Source: Paecilomyces variotii (lineage: Eukaryota). Taken from it: DNA of 64,000 bases. This document shows positions 14,132 to 27,611 of this stretch, piece after piece. The DNA lies in assembly GCA_004022145.1 (NCBI GenBank), contig RCNU01000005.1, one strand, 5' to 3'. Under the pieces are notes generated by a model, which worked only from the letters and a program-made list of their open reading frames with translations, made no database searches and had not been told where the DNA came from. The stretch's first letter is position 1, and every line of letters starts with the position of its first letter. The translations under genes were made by a program, and so were the position numbers.

Positions 14132-14411
14132 TCCTTGACACTATTTGCTAGAATGTTATGGGGGTAGAAATACAATTTCTAAGAGTAAAGTAAAAGATGA
14201 TAATCGACTTCTCAGGAAAGAAATCCTAACTGGCCACCGGGATTCAAGATCCGAAGTACTTACTCGCTACGTCATCTTGAGCATACAATATTTTCCCCAA
14301 GCATTCAATATGTAGATGCATTGTATGTGCAGCGCTGTATACCCACCATTGAAACGCCGTGAAATCGATCTCTAAACACCCCCTTACTGAAGATTATCCA
14401 TCCCAAGCAAA

Positions 14412-15613
14412 ATGTCCACCACAGACCGTTACATTATCCGCAAGACCGGGCAGCCCTTCACATCCGGATATCGAGTCTACATCGAAAAAGACAATGAAAT
14501 AATTTCCCCATGGCACGACATCCCACTGTACAATGATGAACAGAAGGGAATATTGAACATGATCGTTGAGATCCCACGCTGGAGTAATGCCAAGATGGAG
14601 GTGAGAATAAGCCATCAAAATCATATATATAAGCTCTTCAGCTACAGAGAATTTATTTTAGTTCTGCGCAGATATCCAAAGACGAATTCCTTTCGCCCAT
14701 TAAGCAGGATATCAAGAAAGGCCGACCACGCTATGTGCCAAATATCTTCCCGCATAAGGGATATCCCTGGAACTATGGGGCTTTTCCGCAGGTAGTTTCA
14801 TACACAGATCACTACAGCTCCAATAATATTATGATATCTGATAACTCTATACTCACAGACATGGGAAGATCCCTCCATCGAAGATCCCCACACCCACGCT
14901 AACGGCGATAACGACCCACTCGACGTATGCGAACTGGGCGGCTATGTTGGCGAAACCGGTGAAGTGAAACCAGTCAAGGTCCTCGGTGCATTTGCTATCC
15001 TCGACGAAGGAGAGACAGACTGGAAGGTCCTCGTGGTAGATGTGCGTGATGCATTAGCTGCGAAAGTGAATGATATCGGAGACGTCGAGGCGTACATGCC
15101 TGGTTTTCTGGAGATGATGAAGTGGTGGTTTAGGATGTATAAGGTGCCGGATGGGAAGAAGGAAAATGAACTTGCATCGGAGGGCAACATATTTGGCAGA
15201 GAGTATGTTTCACACTGATCGTCTCTGGTTTCATACTTTATCACTCGAAAGAACTTAATGTCAACAATACCAGTTTCGCCATGGAGCTCATCAAAGACTG
15301 CCACAAAAGCTGGAAGGCCATGATGAATGAAGAGAGGCCGGAACATACATCATCGTCTCTGTACGTGAAGCGTGCCTCGCGTTGACTTTTGCTAGGGCAA
15401 GCACAAAACTAACTTCTTTCTAGAAGCGACCTTGGTATACGCGGTAGCGAGATTCTCGGCGAGACATATAACGAAAAGGGAGCGGACCCTGATAAGACGG
15501 CGATTGATAAGTCTTATTTCTTTCCAGCCAGCCTTACGCGTGTACCCGACGGAAGAGGTACTACGAGTATTGTTGAAATTCCCGCGCCGGCACCGATGCC
15601 GGTACAAACATAG
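14412..15613 (+). CDS. ipp1: Family I inorganic pyrophosphatase (Ipp1-like, multi-exon)
   Basis: [61 protein letters not shown] and a C-terminal AIDKSYFF. Final exon boundaries less certain. Confidence 0.9.
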
Positions 15614-16022
15614 AGTAGATGGCGTATAATGTTCTCCCTATAGGATAAGCTCAAGCTACATGCATGCTATGGAGATACAATTTCCAAATATAATGGTTTC
15701 TTTGTGTAGCACCTATCGAGGGCATCGTGTTATATCTTCAATGCGGACGGAAAACTAGGTAGGCTGGCAGACTGAAAAGTACCATGTTCTTAAAGTAGTG
15801 GTATCCCTATTCCATGACGTCTACAGCTGAAACTATTATGCAAAGGAGTACCACGCAAAACATGTTTAATTCTTGATAATAACTATAACTCCACTCACAC
15901 CATCTAAACTATTTCTGAGAGATAATAGAGCTCTTTCAATTGCATCGAACCTGCCTCGATCCCTGCAGTCTGTAGATTTAAACTTGTACTGCGTTCCAGG
16001 AATCTCAGCTCGGCCAATTGAT

Positions 16023-16491
16023 TTATCTCCTCGGACCTCTTCCCAGCGTAATAGCCGGCTCATTCAAATTGTCATGCTCATATCTACCAAGCAAGAAATC
16101 AGGATCAGCACCAACCACATAAGCACGCAACAACTATTCCAGTATTCCCGAAACAGCGAATGTAGAGTATCAACTTACCCTAGAACAGCCACACCCGCAG
16201 TCTCGATCAACATACGCATACCATTCTTGAGCGGCTGTTCAGCCCAACGCAGCGCTAACGCCGCAAGGATATGACCATGAGCCACGCAGACGATATTTTT
16301 GGGCTTCTGGCTCGGTGGCGTATTTGCTGCCGTGGGTCTGGTGTTGCGCTCAATCTCGATTCTCATCTCGTGAACGAGGTGGTCGAGTCGGTCAGAGACT
16401 TGTTCGGGGGATCTGTTGGGTTCTTTAGTTGGTTTATCTTATCCGTACACAATAGAGGGATTATCTCTTGTTATATCTCTCTCCCTTGCCA

Positions 16492-16530
<39 letters not shown>

Positions 16531-17069
16531 TTACTCACTCTCCACCTTCACATCCATCACGCCAGATATTCCATCTCTTACCATTATCCAGGTGCCTCTC
16601 CTTGCGTAATTCATGCACTTCGTCAATGGTCAGACCTTCGTAATCACCGTAATCCCACTCCTGCAACCAGGGAGTGATTTCAACGATGGTGGAATTGCTC
16701 GATGGAGCAGAGGACGTCGACACGCTGAAACCATCCCGTTCCTTAAAGTGGTGGTGACTATGGAGACCAAGATGGAGGAGCTCAGCGGTTCGCCGCGCGC
16801 GGCCCTTGGGAGAGCAGTAGCTGGATTGCGGATACACTTGTCAGTGAAAGGATCGAATGAGAGACAAATGTGCCATTGGATATGGAATAATACATTCTGC
16901 CAATATCTTGTGGATTGATCAACTTCCCTTCGCCTACAAAGGCTGCGCGCGCTTCTTCGACCTGCTTCTCGCCCTCGTGGGACAAGGGGATATCAGAGCT
17001 GCCTGTATGTTTGCCCCCCTTCGACCACTCCGTCTCACCATGGCGGATGAGGAAAACACGGGCCGTCAT
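16023..17069 (-). CDS. Histidine phosphatase / PGM family, SHB17 (sedoheptulose-1,7-bisphosphatase)-like
   Basis: IRHGETEWS-G-HTG-SDIPL, EWDYGDYEGL, WNIWRDGCEGGESP, VAHGHIL and a last exon YEHDNLNEPA; three introns. Confidence 0.88.
16493..16528. repeat. A36 homopolymer (poly-U in an intron of the minus-strand gene)
   Basis: Seen directly. Similar tracts at ~37465-37488, ~55933-55950 (T) and ~60218-60247. Confidence 0.95.
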
Positions 17070-17871
17070 GATCGCTCTGTCGCCGCTTTCTATTGAAGAG
17101 ACGAATATAAGAAGTGGTATGTTTTCTGACACAGGAGGGGGAATATCTAGAGAAAAACGGTCCTATACACTACAACCTCACGCGGCGATTGGGTTATTAC
17201 AGCTTACACCAAAACGCGTCGATTGGTGTCGGACATTACTCATTGCCCGCTTTTCCGGTTGGTACCTCCAAGCAGCCTTCGTATGAACCAACTATGAGAC
17301 TGGCTACCGGCAACTGTAGGAGTGATAGAGGGAAATATGACACTAATCTGATGTATTGCAGGCATATCGCAGAAACGCATCCTGAACTTCACGTCGAATC
17401 CACGTCAATCCCGAACGGCCCGTATTTTCCGAAGTCGACGGCGGGACATGCTTCAATTGACGACAGATTAGGCGCATACCCTAGAGTAGCCATACAGTGC
17501 ATTTTCATTTTCCGTGATCAATAGTTTTCTTATTGCCGTTGATCTCGCGACGACGGATATTACTGCTCCAATAATCTATACATAGTATGAACACAACGCC
17601 CGCTGGGGCTCAAGAAGATATGCAGAGAAATGCCAAAAGGACCAGTTGTCCAATTGCGCTCTCAAAAGACCGTCCAGCTGTTTCCGCTGAGACATTTTCA
17701 ATTCGTACCCGTCAGAACGCCGAGGATCATGCACCGTATCATGTGAGAATCATAAACAAAGAATAGAAAAAAAGAAAATCCAGCATCCGAGACATCCTGT
17801 ATCGTACGTGTAGGAACCAGTCATTCTGCGTAACCCATTCAAACGTTCAGTCATCAAGTTGGTAAGATCGC

Positions 17872-19381
17872 TCAAAAGAGAGCCAAAGCGCCTCCAAGGA
17901 ATGCGCAGAAGGCACCAAGACCAGCCGTCATCCGAAGGTTGCTGTTAGCTCCACCCGTGGAAGGGGCAACAGGGGCAGACGAGGTCGACGATGCAGAAAG
18001 ATGAGCCGCAAGACTGGTAGATGTCACTAAAGTGCTGTGGCGCCTGGTGCTGGTTGTCGCCAACGTGGCTGGTCTAGTAGTGCGGCCAGAAGGGGAAGGC
18101 GAGGCCGATGAAGAAGGAGACGGCAACGAAGAAGGCGGGGATGTGGACTAATACAGAAAGAAAAATCAGCATTGATGAATAAATCAGAAATAGGAAATAC
18201 GGGGTGTGCTCACTCACAGGGGCCGCACTCGGCGGTATGGCGTGCCCAGAGCTGTTGATTGTCCAGCCGCTGGGGAGTCCGGGATAAGAGGACGCAGTTT
18301 CCGTAGACATTGTAGTCGGTCCAGGCACCCAGGGATAAATACTTGGAGTGCTAAAACTGGACGTCTCCTTGTGTGTGCCACTCCATGGGAGGGGACCAGA
18401 TTCAGCCGTCGAGGTCACCGGCGGAGCAGAAGATGCCTCTTTGGGAGCAGCGCCAATGTTACCATTGATCTTGCCGCCATCGGATATGATTGACTCCCAT
18501 GAGCCACTCTTATCTCCATATGTATATGATGTACCCGTCGAGTAATCGGTCACGGAGAGCGATTTCATATACATGGTGTAGGGGCCAGCGCCGTAATCGG
18601 TCGTGCCTCCAGCCCATGCTGGGAGTTGTCAGGTCCAAAGTATCTCTCAACAGGGGACTGTAAATTTACTTACCAATCGTGCCCGCAGCGTTGGAGGGAT
18701 CACCACCAGCCCACACTCCCACCTTGACCATCATTGGACTTTCGGGATATTGGTTGGCAGCCGCAGTTGAAGGTGTAAGCACACGGACGGTGTTACCATC
18801 AATTTGCCAAACGATCTGCTCACTCGTCCAGTCGACAGTATAGGTGTGGAAGCCGTCGTGGTTTCCTGGGTCCGAATGGAAGGCACCACGATTGTAGGTG
18901 CTAGTATCTCCCTTCCCGAAATAGTTCGTCTGCACCTGAGTGTCATCGCCGCCAAGCCATTCCCAGTCAATCTCGTCCAAGTCGTCAGACTGGAGGACGG
19001 CGCTGCTGACGATACCCGTTCCGGGAGCAGCCTTGATTTGGAATTCGACACGACCAAACATGATGTACCACTTGGACTGGATCAGAGGAGCATCACCTTG
19101 CTTGGCAACAGTGAATCCTACTCCATTGCTGTCGTACGTGGGAGTTCCAGTAGCGGTAAAATCTGACGAAGGGCCTTGAGTGAAGTCAAATGTCTTCGAC
19201 GTCCCAAGTGCGGGGTCCGCTGGACATGCTGCTTGAAGTCAGCAGTGGTGCTTGAAAGTAAGAAGTCAATGAGACAATACATACTCTTCTGTAGAGGGTC
19301 GCAATCCGTGTATGTCTGAGCAGCCACGAACGACGTGGAGGACAGCACGAAAGCTGCGATACTCGCTGTGGAGAACCTCAT
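17872..19381 (-). CDS. crh: GH16 Crh-family chitin-glucan transglycosylase, GPI-anchored
   Basis: Signal peptide then AQTYTDCDPL; catalytic DLDEIDWEWLG; QTNYFGKG; GVWAGGD; Ser/Thr-rich stalk; hydrophobic C-terminus. Confidence 0.92.
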
Positions 19382-22300
19382 GACGACTATACAGCACACT
19401 GTAGACCAATCACTGCAAGGATAGAAGATACAGAGGAAAAGGAGTCAGCTCCTTCGAGTGACAATCTCTTAGACCGGTGCACTCGATGGGTCAGCAATGC
19501 AGATTAACGGCTATGGTATTGTAAGAGAGGATGGAAAAGAGTGAAGATGAGAGATGGCGGGGGGGATAAAAATATAAAGGCCAGAGCTGGCGCTGGCAGA
19601 TGGAAAGCACCACCATAGCAGCAGCACCTGAGACCTTTAAGGGGAAACAGCGAATTCGAGAAGCTCCTGAGAGCGGACAGTCGAAACGCAGCCCAGCCTC
19701 CTCTCTTTCCCAATTTTGCCTGTTCAGATCTGTTGTATCGACATCATCTAGGTAGAAGCTGTTGGCGGGGACACCAGTGGAGCGGCTATTCATCTTAGCT
19801 TCTCCGCTAACTACGGCACCAGATGAGCTAAAGGTTGCTAAACAAAGCCTGCGCCCGGACGCTCATCCACCTGGAGTCTATCGCAGAGATCGAGGATTCG
19901 AGAGCCATCCTCGATCGGGTCAGACTGTTACCGCAGCATGCAGACGTGTGCACCGTGAGGTTACAGTGTGTGGCATGGCGTCTGGCCAAGCCATCACTAC
20001 TTCCAAACAGTCATCATATGAACAATCAAGGTGAGAGTATGGCTTCCAGGACGAGACACATCATCAGCAAGTCAACGAGAAAGTCGAAAAAGAAGATGGC
20101 TGGGTGATCGACCGTCTATCTATCGTCTCTTCAGCTGCCAGTTTCATTTGCTGCGTTGCGGCAGAAAAAGGCGGGAAAAGAAGAGGCGGGACCAAAGGCG
20201 GTCAGTAAGGGCTGTGCCACACCAGCCTCTTGTTTTTGTCCTGCCAATAAAAGGTTGATGCTTCATCTTATTCTCTGTATAGGAAATCGACACTAGTCTA
20301 GCACACTTGCAAGGTTTGATACACGTCGCCTGGTCTGCAACCAGCGGCAACATATGGTTGAGGCCTATCTGCCTCCTCTTTTCTGTCAGCTCTTATTGAT
20401 TTGGCTTTAACGGCCAGTGACCCGGTCCAAGTTAAGATCCTGTTCCTGGCGTCATCCCCGTATATATGCTCCGTACCATGGGCAATGATCTGTGCACGAT
20501 CGCCTCCACTTATTTAATAGATTCTCGGATCTTGCCCTACTCTGAGAAATGCGCAGCCAGAGTGCAGATCATCATTCCGGCTGGGTATGTCTGGAATACC
20601 TACAGACACTGAATCCAAAATAGCTTATTTCGTTCCTGCTGTAGGCCATCCAGAGCTTTACTGCCAATATCGTATTTCTCTTTACTATAGAAATCTTGTT
20701 CTCGCTTGTAACCAGGCTCAATGGCTCGGTAGTTGCAAAGGGAGGACATTATAGTAATGCTGACGTTGATGCTGCTGGCACTCTAGTGCGATTGCTTGCC
20801 GTCAGAGAACCCAAAGAATAAATTATTATCTCGAATGGCCTCATAGGTAAAGAAATAGGTAAAATCGCAGTCAAAGTTGGTGTAATTCTGGCAGTGTCGA
20901 TCATACAACCGATCCGCACTAAGTAGATCTGCACTTGACAATGCACGCAACCACTGCGGATCTAGAAACTTTATCTACTTCCAAATAGCGACTAATACCC
21001 TGGGACTTCTCTGTTTAAGGGCCGCAGAGGAAGTACGACCACAGGGGGAGCTTCCAGAAAGATTCCGCATATAGTAAGTAGCGACTGGCCCCATCCGATG
21101 CGCTTTGGAGACCAATGCCGGTCCCAATGCTCTACCAATCAAAGAAACGGGTACATAACCCTGGAAAGGCTAATGGTAATCTAGGAAATAGATTGATATA
21201 TAAATCACATGCGTCTGTATGCAAGAGTAGTGGATTAGACCAGGCACGTTTTCTTCAAATGGAACTACACTGGCCGCTGCACGCAAAATACTTAGAGAGC
21301 ACCAAAATAGTATACTTAAAATAGCCAATTCTTATTAAATTCCTGATTTATAATGTTGTATCTTGCCTCGCTATCGAATTGTGAAAAATGATGGGGTTTG
21401 TACCATAGTTTCCCTTTAAGATATGGGCCCCGAATTCGCAAACCATTATCTACTACTTATGAGCGCTGGATTTCCAGGGCTCAGCGATAATAGTAGCAAC
21501 TAAGAAGAAGTGATTACCGCTGACAACGTATTCGAAAGATAATAGCTCATCGATAATGTATGTCGTACATTATTGTATTCTCTAAGTTCAACGCCGCAAT
21601 CGTTCAGGTTGACGTATGTTTCTTTAAATCAGCTACGGCGAATGTAGGAGCAGAAACGAAAGTATCCCGAGTCACTCGGAGTTTGATACATTACTGATCT
21701 CCAACTTTTTATTCCTTAGTTACCAGTTAACTCGTTAGAAATTTCCCAGCGCTAATAGCGTCGGCGAATATGTTAAGGTAAAAGGGAAGAGGGACTCATC
21801 TGTTCTGGAGAACGTTATCGCGGAATGAGAAAACCAAAAAGTGAAGAATGTTGAGACCTAATCACTCAAAATCAGACAATGGGGTCTTGTGGTTGGAATA
21901 GAAGGGTATAATAAAAATACTCTATCCTTCCTAGAGAGTCAAGCGTTGGAGATAGCCGTGTAGTTAGCGCCATGGTGCATCCAGTAACCCATTTGTAACC
22001 AATGAATGGACATCTGTGAAAAGAAACTCAAAATATTGTTGTATAATTACTTTTGTTGTCTTTACATCTCAGCCCCTATGGGTGCGGACAATATAAGCGA
22101 ACAGCCCATATTTCGGCGTCGCCAGAATGGCATAGGTCTAACCTCGTCTCTTGAAATGATCACTGCGAGATTATACCATTGAACAACATTCCATAAATGC
22201 CACTCTACTGGCGTGTTAGTTGCGGGGTTGACAGTTGCACTTTGCGAGCTTCCACCAGCGAATTGCGTGATACATATGCCCTCTCGATTCAACCGCATAC

Positions 22301-22780
22301 TACTGAGCTGTATAGTAACTATCCATATTATATTCTGGCGGAAAGTACCGCCATCAACGGACCTTGTTGTATTCCAACTGCACGGTGCTAATTTGCAATC
22401 CTTGGCGTGTTCACACCATCGAAATCGATGCTGCGCATCGCCATAGATGGTCTGCGCTCCGGATAGCGAGAGCCAGGTCAATTCTAGCCATTCGATCACC
22501 AATGAAAGGACGTGTTCTTATCGATTTCGATTTATGCCTGGCTTTTCCTCGTTTAATGTTGACAGGTTCTTCTGGTCTCGCGTCATTTCCCCGACGGTGA
22601 CATTATGTAGATAGCTTGGCGGTGAGGCAACATCCAAATACAATATTCCCCTTTAAGAAGAGATACCCGAAGGATCTATTTAAATGAGATGGTGTCGTTT
22701 ATAAATATCTCATTGTATCCCTGCGCTTGACAGGACATGCTTCTTCGACAATTGTCTATGCTGAAGTACTAAGTAGAACA

Positions 22781-25128
22781 ATGGCTACCGTCATTGCTCG
22801 CACCTCAGCCAAGGGGGGTGGCAGCATCTCACAGTTTGTCTCTCATTCTGGGGTGGATGACGATGGAAAAGGGCCCGTTGTTTCCAGCTCCGCAATCCAA
22901 TCCGGTTCTGATATCGCTGAGTTGGGCAATCCTGTAGAGGAGCGCCGGTTCTGGTTCCAGAAGGGTGCTAAATACGATCCCAATGCGATTGCGACACAGC
23001 CATCTGTTTTCGATGACCCCGAATTGGCCAAGCAGTATAAGCCGCGAGCCGACTGGGAAAACCTACATCGTTTCGATCCCTCAGCGAGATGGACATGGGG
23101 TGAAGAGAATGCATGTTTGGCCTGTGAGGAACTAGTTAGTAAATTGAACAATGCTGACAGATTGCAGAAAATTGTACGCAAAATTGATGTACGGATCATG
23201 ATATGGGCTTGCATAATGTTTATGGCCCTGGAGCTTGATCGCTCGAATATACGTGGGTGTTTTTCGTCCCAATTATCGAACGGAATATACTAATGATCCA
23301 TCTTATCAGAGCAAGCCAATACGGACAATTTCCTCGAAGACCTCGGTTTAACAACGAATGGTAAGTGATACTAGACCATTTTCCACCACATAACATCGCT
23401 GCATATCTAACGTTAAATTCAAGATTATAACCTAGGAAATACAGTTTTCAAATTAGCCTTTCTGTGCGCTGAGCTACCTTCTCAACTCGTCAGTAAATGG
23501 GTCGGTCCAGATAGATGGATTCCATCGCAGATGATCTTATGGTCTGTTGTCGCTTCAAGTCAATACAAACTCTCCGGAAAGACTTCCTTTCTCGTGTGTA
23601 GGGCATTGCTGGGTATACTTCAAGGTGGTTTCATCCCGGATGTAGGTGATACCCTTGAGCCTATCTTCCTACACCGTCCCACTGACATGATTTAGATGAT
23701 CCTATACCTTTCCTATTTCTATAAGCACCATGAACTTTCTATACGGCTTGGCTTTTGGTGGACAGCCATGTCTGTCGCGGACATCATAGCTGGTTTCTTG
23801 GCATTTGGGATACTACACTTACGCGGCCACGATGGTGTTGCCGGATGGCGCTGGCTTTTCTTGCTTGAGGTATGCTTCGCTCATCTACACTAGTCTTTTT
23901 GAGGTGGAGACTCACTGAAGACTATCTAAAGGGTCTTTTCACAATTGTGATTGGATTCGCAGCGTTTATCTTCATGCCGCCCTCGCCTACGCAAACTGCG
24001 GGCTGGTTGCGAGGGAAGAAAGGTTGGTTTACTGAGAGGTATGTACTCCATTTCAATATGAGAAGACAGGAACAGTGTATTGAAATATGTCTCCAGGGAA
24101 GAGATTATCATGGTGAACCGCGTCATTCGAGAAGACCCCAGCAAAGGTGGCATGCATAACCGCCAGCCAATCACCCCGAAACTTCTGTGGCAAAGTATTA
24201 CGGACTTTGATCTATGGCCGCTGTATATCATTGGGCTAACTTTCCAGACGCCAATGAGTATGAATATCATCTGGTTTCCTCCTTTAGTACTATGCTAATG
24301 CGGTATGTCTGCAGCAACTGTAAACCAATACTTCACTCTCATTTTAAAAAGTTTCGGATTTGGCACCTTCAAAACCAACCTGCTTACCATTCCATATAAC
24401 GTAAGTTTAGCGGACTTCAGCTGAGCGACTTGACTCATTAACTCCTACCCAGGTAATCTCAATCATCACTATGTTAAGCTTAACATACTTCGCTGAAGTT
24501 GTCAAGTCGCTTACCTGGGTTTCGCTTTTCCCGCAAATCTGGGTTTTGCCACTCTTCATCTATATCAATGTAGTTGATCTCACGCAGATCAACAAGTGGA
24601 CAGCATGGGCGGTGCTGACCATAATCCTTGGATACCCTAGCTGTGAGCTCTACCAAACCAAGACCATGATCCATCCGAGAGACATCGAACTGACAACCTA
24701 TCTGCAGCGCACCCTATCCAAGTTGGCTGGAACTCACGAAATTCGAATACCGTCCGTTCGAGAACGACGTCCGCTGCTCTTTACAACATGGCTGTGCAGA
24801 CTTCAGGAATCATTGCTTCCAATATCTATCAAAAATGTGAGTATACCAACATAATGGCACTTCTGCTATCTCGACAACCTGTTCGACCCGAGTTCTGACA
24901 ATACATACTTCAGGGGACGCCCCACGGTATAGGGTTGGCAACCGAACGCTGCTAGCTTTGGTCTGTATGAACATCGTCATCTATATCTTGACCAAAGTAT
25001 ATTATGTCGTGCGGAACTATTACCGAGCAAAACGATGGAATGCGCTCACGGAGGGTGAGAAGATCGAATATGTCTCAAATACAAAGGACAAGGGAAATAA
25101 ACGGCTGGACTTTATGTTCGCTCACTAA
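22781..25128 (+). CDS. MFS transporter, Dal5/ACS family, Soa1/AstA-like (sulfonate/sulfate)
   Basis: [53 protein letters not shown] and terminal KRLDFMFAH; about 9 introns. Substrate is inferred from family resemblance. Confidence 0.85.
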
Positions 25129-25604
25129 AGTCACTCGTATCCTTGACTGGGAAGGGGGTAGAATGGTATCCGGACCGTTGGGACCATGAGGCGTGCCTTC
25201 CACGAAACTGGTCCAGATGGATGGAAAGGACTGCTTCACATGGTACAAATGATGACAGGAAGGTCATGTTTCAGCATTGCTCCAGTACTTTGCTGAATTT
25301 GTTCTTGGTGATTCTCTAAATGAGTCTGGTAGGTCTAGCGACACCGGATATTCACTCCATGTATGGAATTGCGATTTACTTCTGATGGTCATTCTCACAG
25401 CGCCCTGTATTGTTGTATAGGCCGGAATAATCCCGACGGCGGATATGTTTACCAATCATGTCACTGAAATAAATAGTAAATATGGTGGTCGAACAATCAA
25501 ATATAGTCTGGTGTAGTACACGAACTAAAAGATTGAGTACCGGTTAATTTCCATATCAAATAGTCCAAATCGGACCAACTCCGGCTTTAAACGGAGCCAG
25601 CTGG

Positions 25605-25612
25605 TTGGTGGA
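25605..25612 (-). promoter_or_regulatory. Candidate GaaR element (GARE core CCNCCAA)
   Basis: TCCACCAA on the minus strand ~430 bp upstream of the L-galactonate dehydratase; short motif that could be chance. Confidence 0.3.
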
Positions 25613-26041
25613 ACGGCAAGTAGTCCGACCGAAGGTAATTTATCCACCAGTCGGCGTTGAGCGCGGGGTTGTTGAAATGCCCCGCGACGAAGAACACCAT
25701 ATCACTATGCCGTCGGGTGATGGAAGAAGGGGGTTATATAACGGGTCTAACGAGGAGGAGAACTTTTCCAAAGCTCATATATAGGCTGCTGTTTACCCGG
25801 GGAGAATGCTGTTTCTACTTTCCCATTATTATTGCATGATTTGGTGTTCCGGTGACGTATTTAGTCGCGAGCTTGTCTCCGTTATTTATTAATCGCGTCC
25901 GATCTGCTGCTCCATTGTCAGACGGCTTCTGTGACGAGAAACAGGATCAATTGGGCGATTTGAGTCTGAGTGCAGCTGTCCTCACGGGAGAGGTTGAATT
26001 AGAGAGGTCACAATTGCAAAATTCGGCCAAAACAAGACACG

Positions 26042-27611
26042 ATGGTGAAAATCACAAGTTTTACCACGCGGGATGTGAGGTTTCCGGTATGTCCACAATC
26101 TTCAGAACATGTCCCCATACGGTTTCTGTCTGCTCCCTGAGCTCTTTGGTTGCGATGGCTGACCACCCCGGAGACCTCCCTCGACAAGACAGGATCGGAT
26201 GCGATGAACGCGGCTGGTGATTATTCTGCGGCATACTGTATCCTGCATACCGACTCGGAACACGCTGGACACGGAATGGTACGCGCTTTTGCAGACACAA
26301 TAACTAGGATCGTATAAGGAGTCTGCTGACACTGTTGCTCCTGACAGACATTCACCATTGGCCGCGGCAACGAGATCGTCTGCGCTGCGATTGCTCAGCT
26401 TGCTCCCTTAGTGATCGACAAGGAATTGGACGACTTAGCAGCTGATTGGGGCAAGACATGGAGATATCTCGTTTCTGACAGTCAGCTAAGATGGATTGGT
26501 CCGGAAAAGGGTGTTATCCATCTTGCTCTCGGAGCTGTTGTCAACGCTCTCTGGGACTTGTGGGCGAAGACGTTGGGCAAGCCCGTCTGGCGGATAGTTG
26601 CAGAAATGACTCCAGAAGAGTTTGTTCGCTGCATTGACTTCCGCTACATCACCGACGCTTTGACGCCGGAAGAAGCTATCGCGCTGCTGAAAGAGGTCGA
26701 ACCCGGTAAGCAGGAGCGCATCAAGGAGGCTGAACAGAGCAAGGCCGTCCCCGCCTACACCACAAGTGCCGGATGGTTGGGCTACTCAGAAGAAAAGTTG
26801 AAGGCGCTTCTGGAAGAGAGTGTCAAGCTCGGATACAAGCATTTCAAGCTGAAGGTCGGTGGAGGCGTCGAATCAGACAGGAGGAGGTTGAAGATTGCCA
26901 GAGAAGCCATTGGATACGATAAGGGGAACATCCTCATGGTGGACGCAAACCAGGTAGGCCTACGTTGAGCATTTCTCATTTGCGGTTTTCGAAATACTCA
27001 CATCTATCCAGGTTTGGTCCGTCCCAGAGGCCATCGAGTACATGCAACAACTTGCGGAATTCAAGCCCTGGTTCATCGAAGAGCCGACCTCCCCCGATGA
27101 TATCCTCGGTCACGCCGCGATCAAGAAAGCCCTTGCTAACACACCTTACGGCCCCATTGGCGTTGCGACGGGAGAGATGTGCCAGAACCGCGTTATATTC
27201 AAACAGCTCCTACAAGCTGGTGCTCTAACAGTTCTCCAAGCAGACGCTTGCCGTGTCGGTGGTGTGAACGAAGTTCTTGCGATCCTCCTTCTCGCGCGTA
27301 AATTTGGCGTTCCGATTGTCCCTCACTCCGGCGGTGTTGGCTTACCCGAGTACACTCAGCATTTGAGCACGATCGATTACGTTGTCGTAAGTGGCAAGAA
27401 GAGCGTGCTCGAATATGTCGATCATCTGCATGAGCATTTCAAGCACCCTGCCAGCGTGAAGGATGGATACTATGTGACACCCATGGAGCCCGGATACAGC
27501 GTGGAGATGAAAGCGCAGAGCATGGATGAGTTCTCCTTCCCCGGAGAAGAGGGGAAGAGTTGGTGGAAGACAGAAGCTGCGAAGCCGATTTTGGAAGGTC
27601 CTCGTATTTGA
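26042..27611 (+). CDS. gaaB: L-galactonate dehydratase (enolase superfamily; D-galacturonate catabolism)
   Basis: RDVRFP|TSLDKTGSDAMNAAGDYSAAYC, TFTIGRGN, WIGPEKGVIHLA, YTTSAGWLGY, KLKVG, DANQ, IEEPTSPDD and PHSGGVGL match the fungal Lgd1/GaaB type. Confidence 0.88.

Noticed and set aside
9000-17500. Starship boundary or captain; FEX/CrcB gene or fluoride riboswitch near the cluster
   Set aside because: No DUF3435 recombinase, diagnostic direct repeats, CrcB ORF or riboswitch consensus could be seen.
20940-21170. Possible structured ncRNA (fragments resembling group I intron P/Q, RNase MRP, or TAACCCT template)
   Set aside because: Only short scattered matches; the other required elements are absent. 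An Infernal search would be needed.
19491-22600. Numerous 60-146-aa ORFs
   Set aside because: No motifs or consistent splice structure; likely intergenic between divergent crh and MFS genes.
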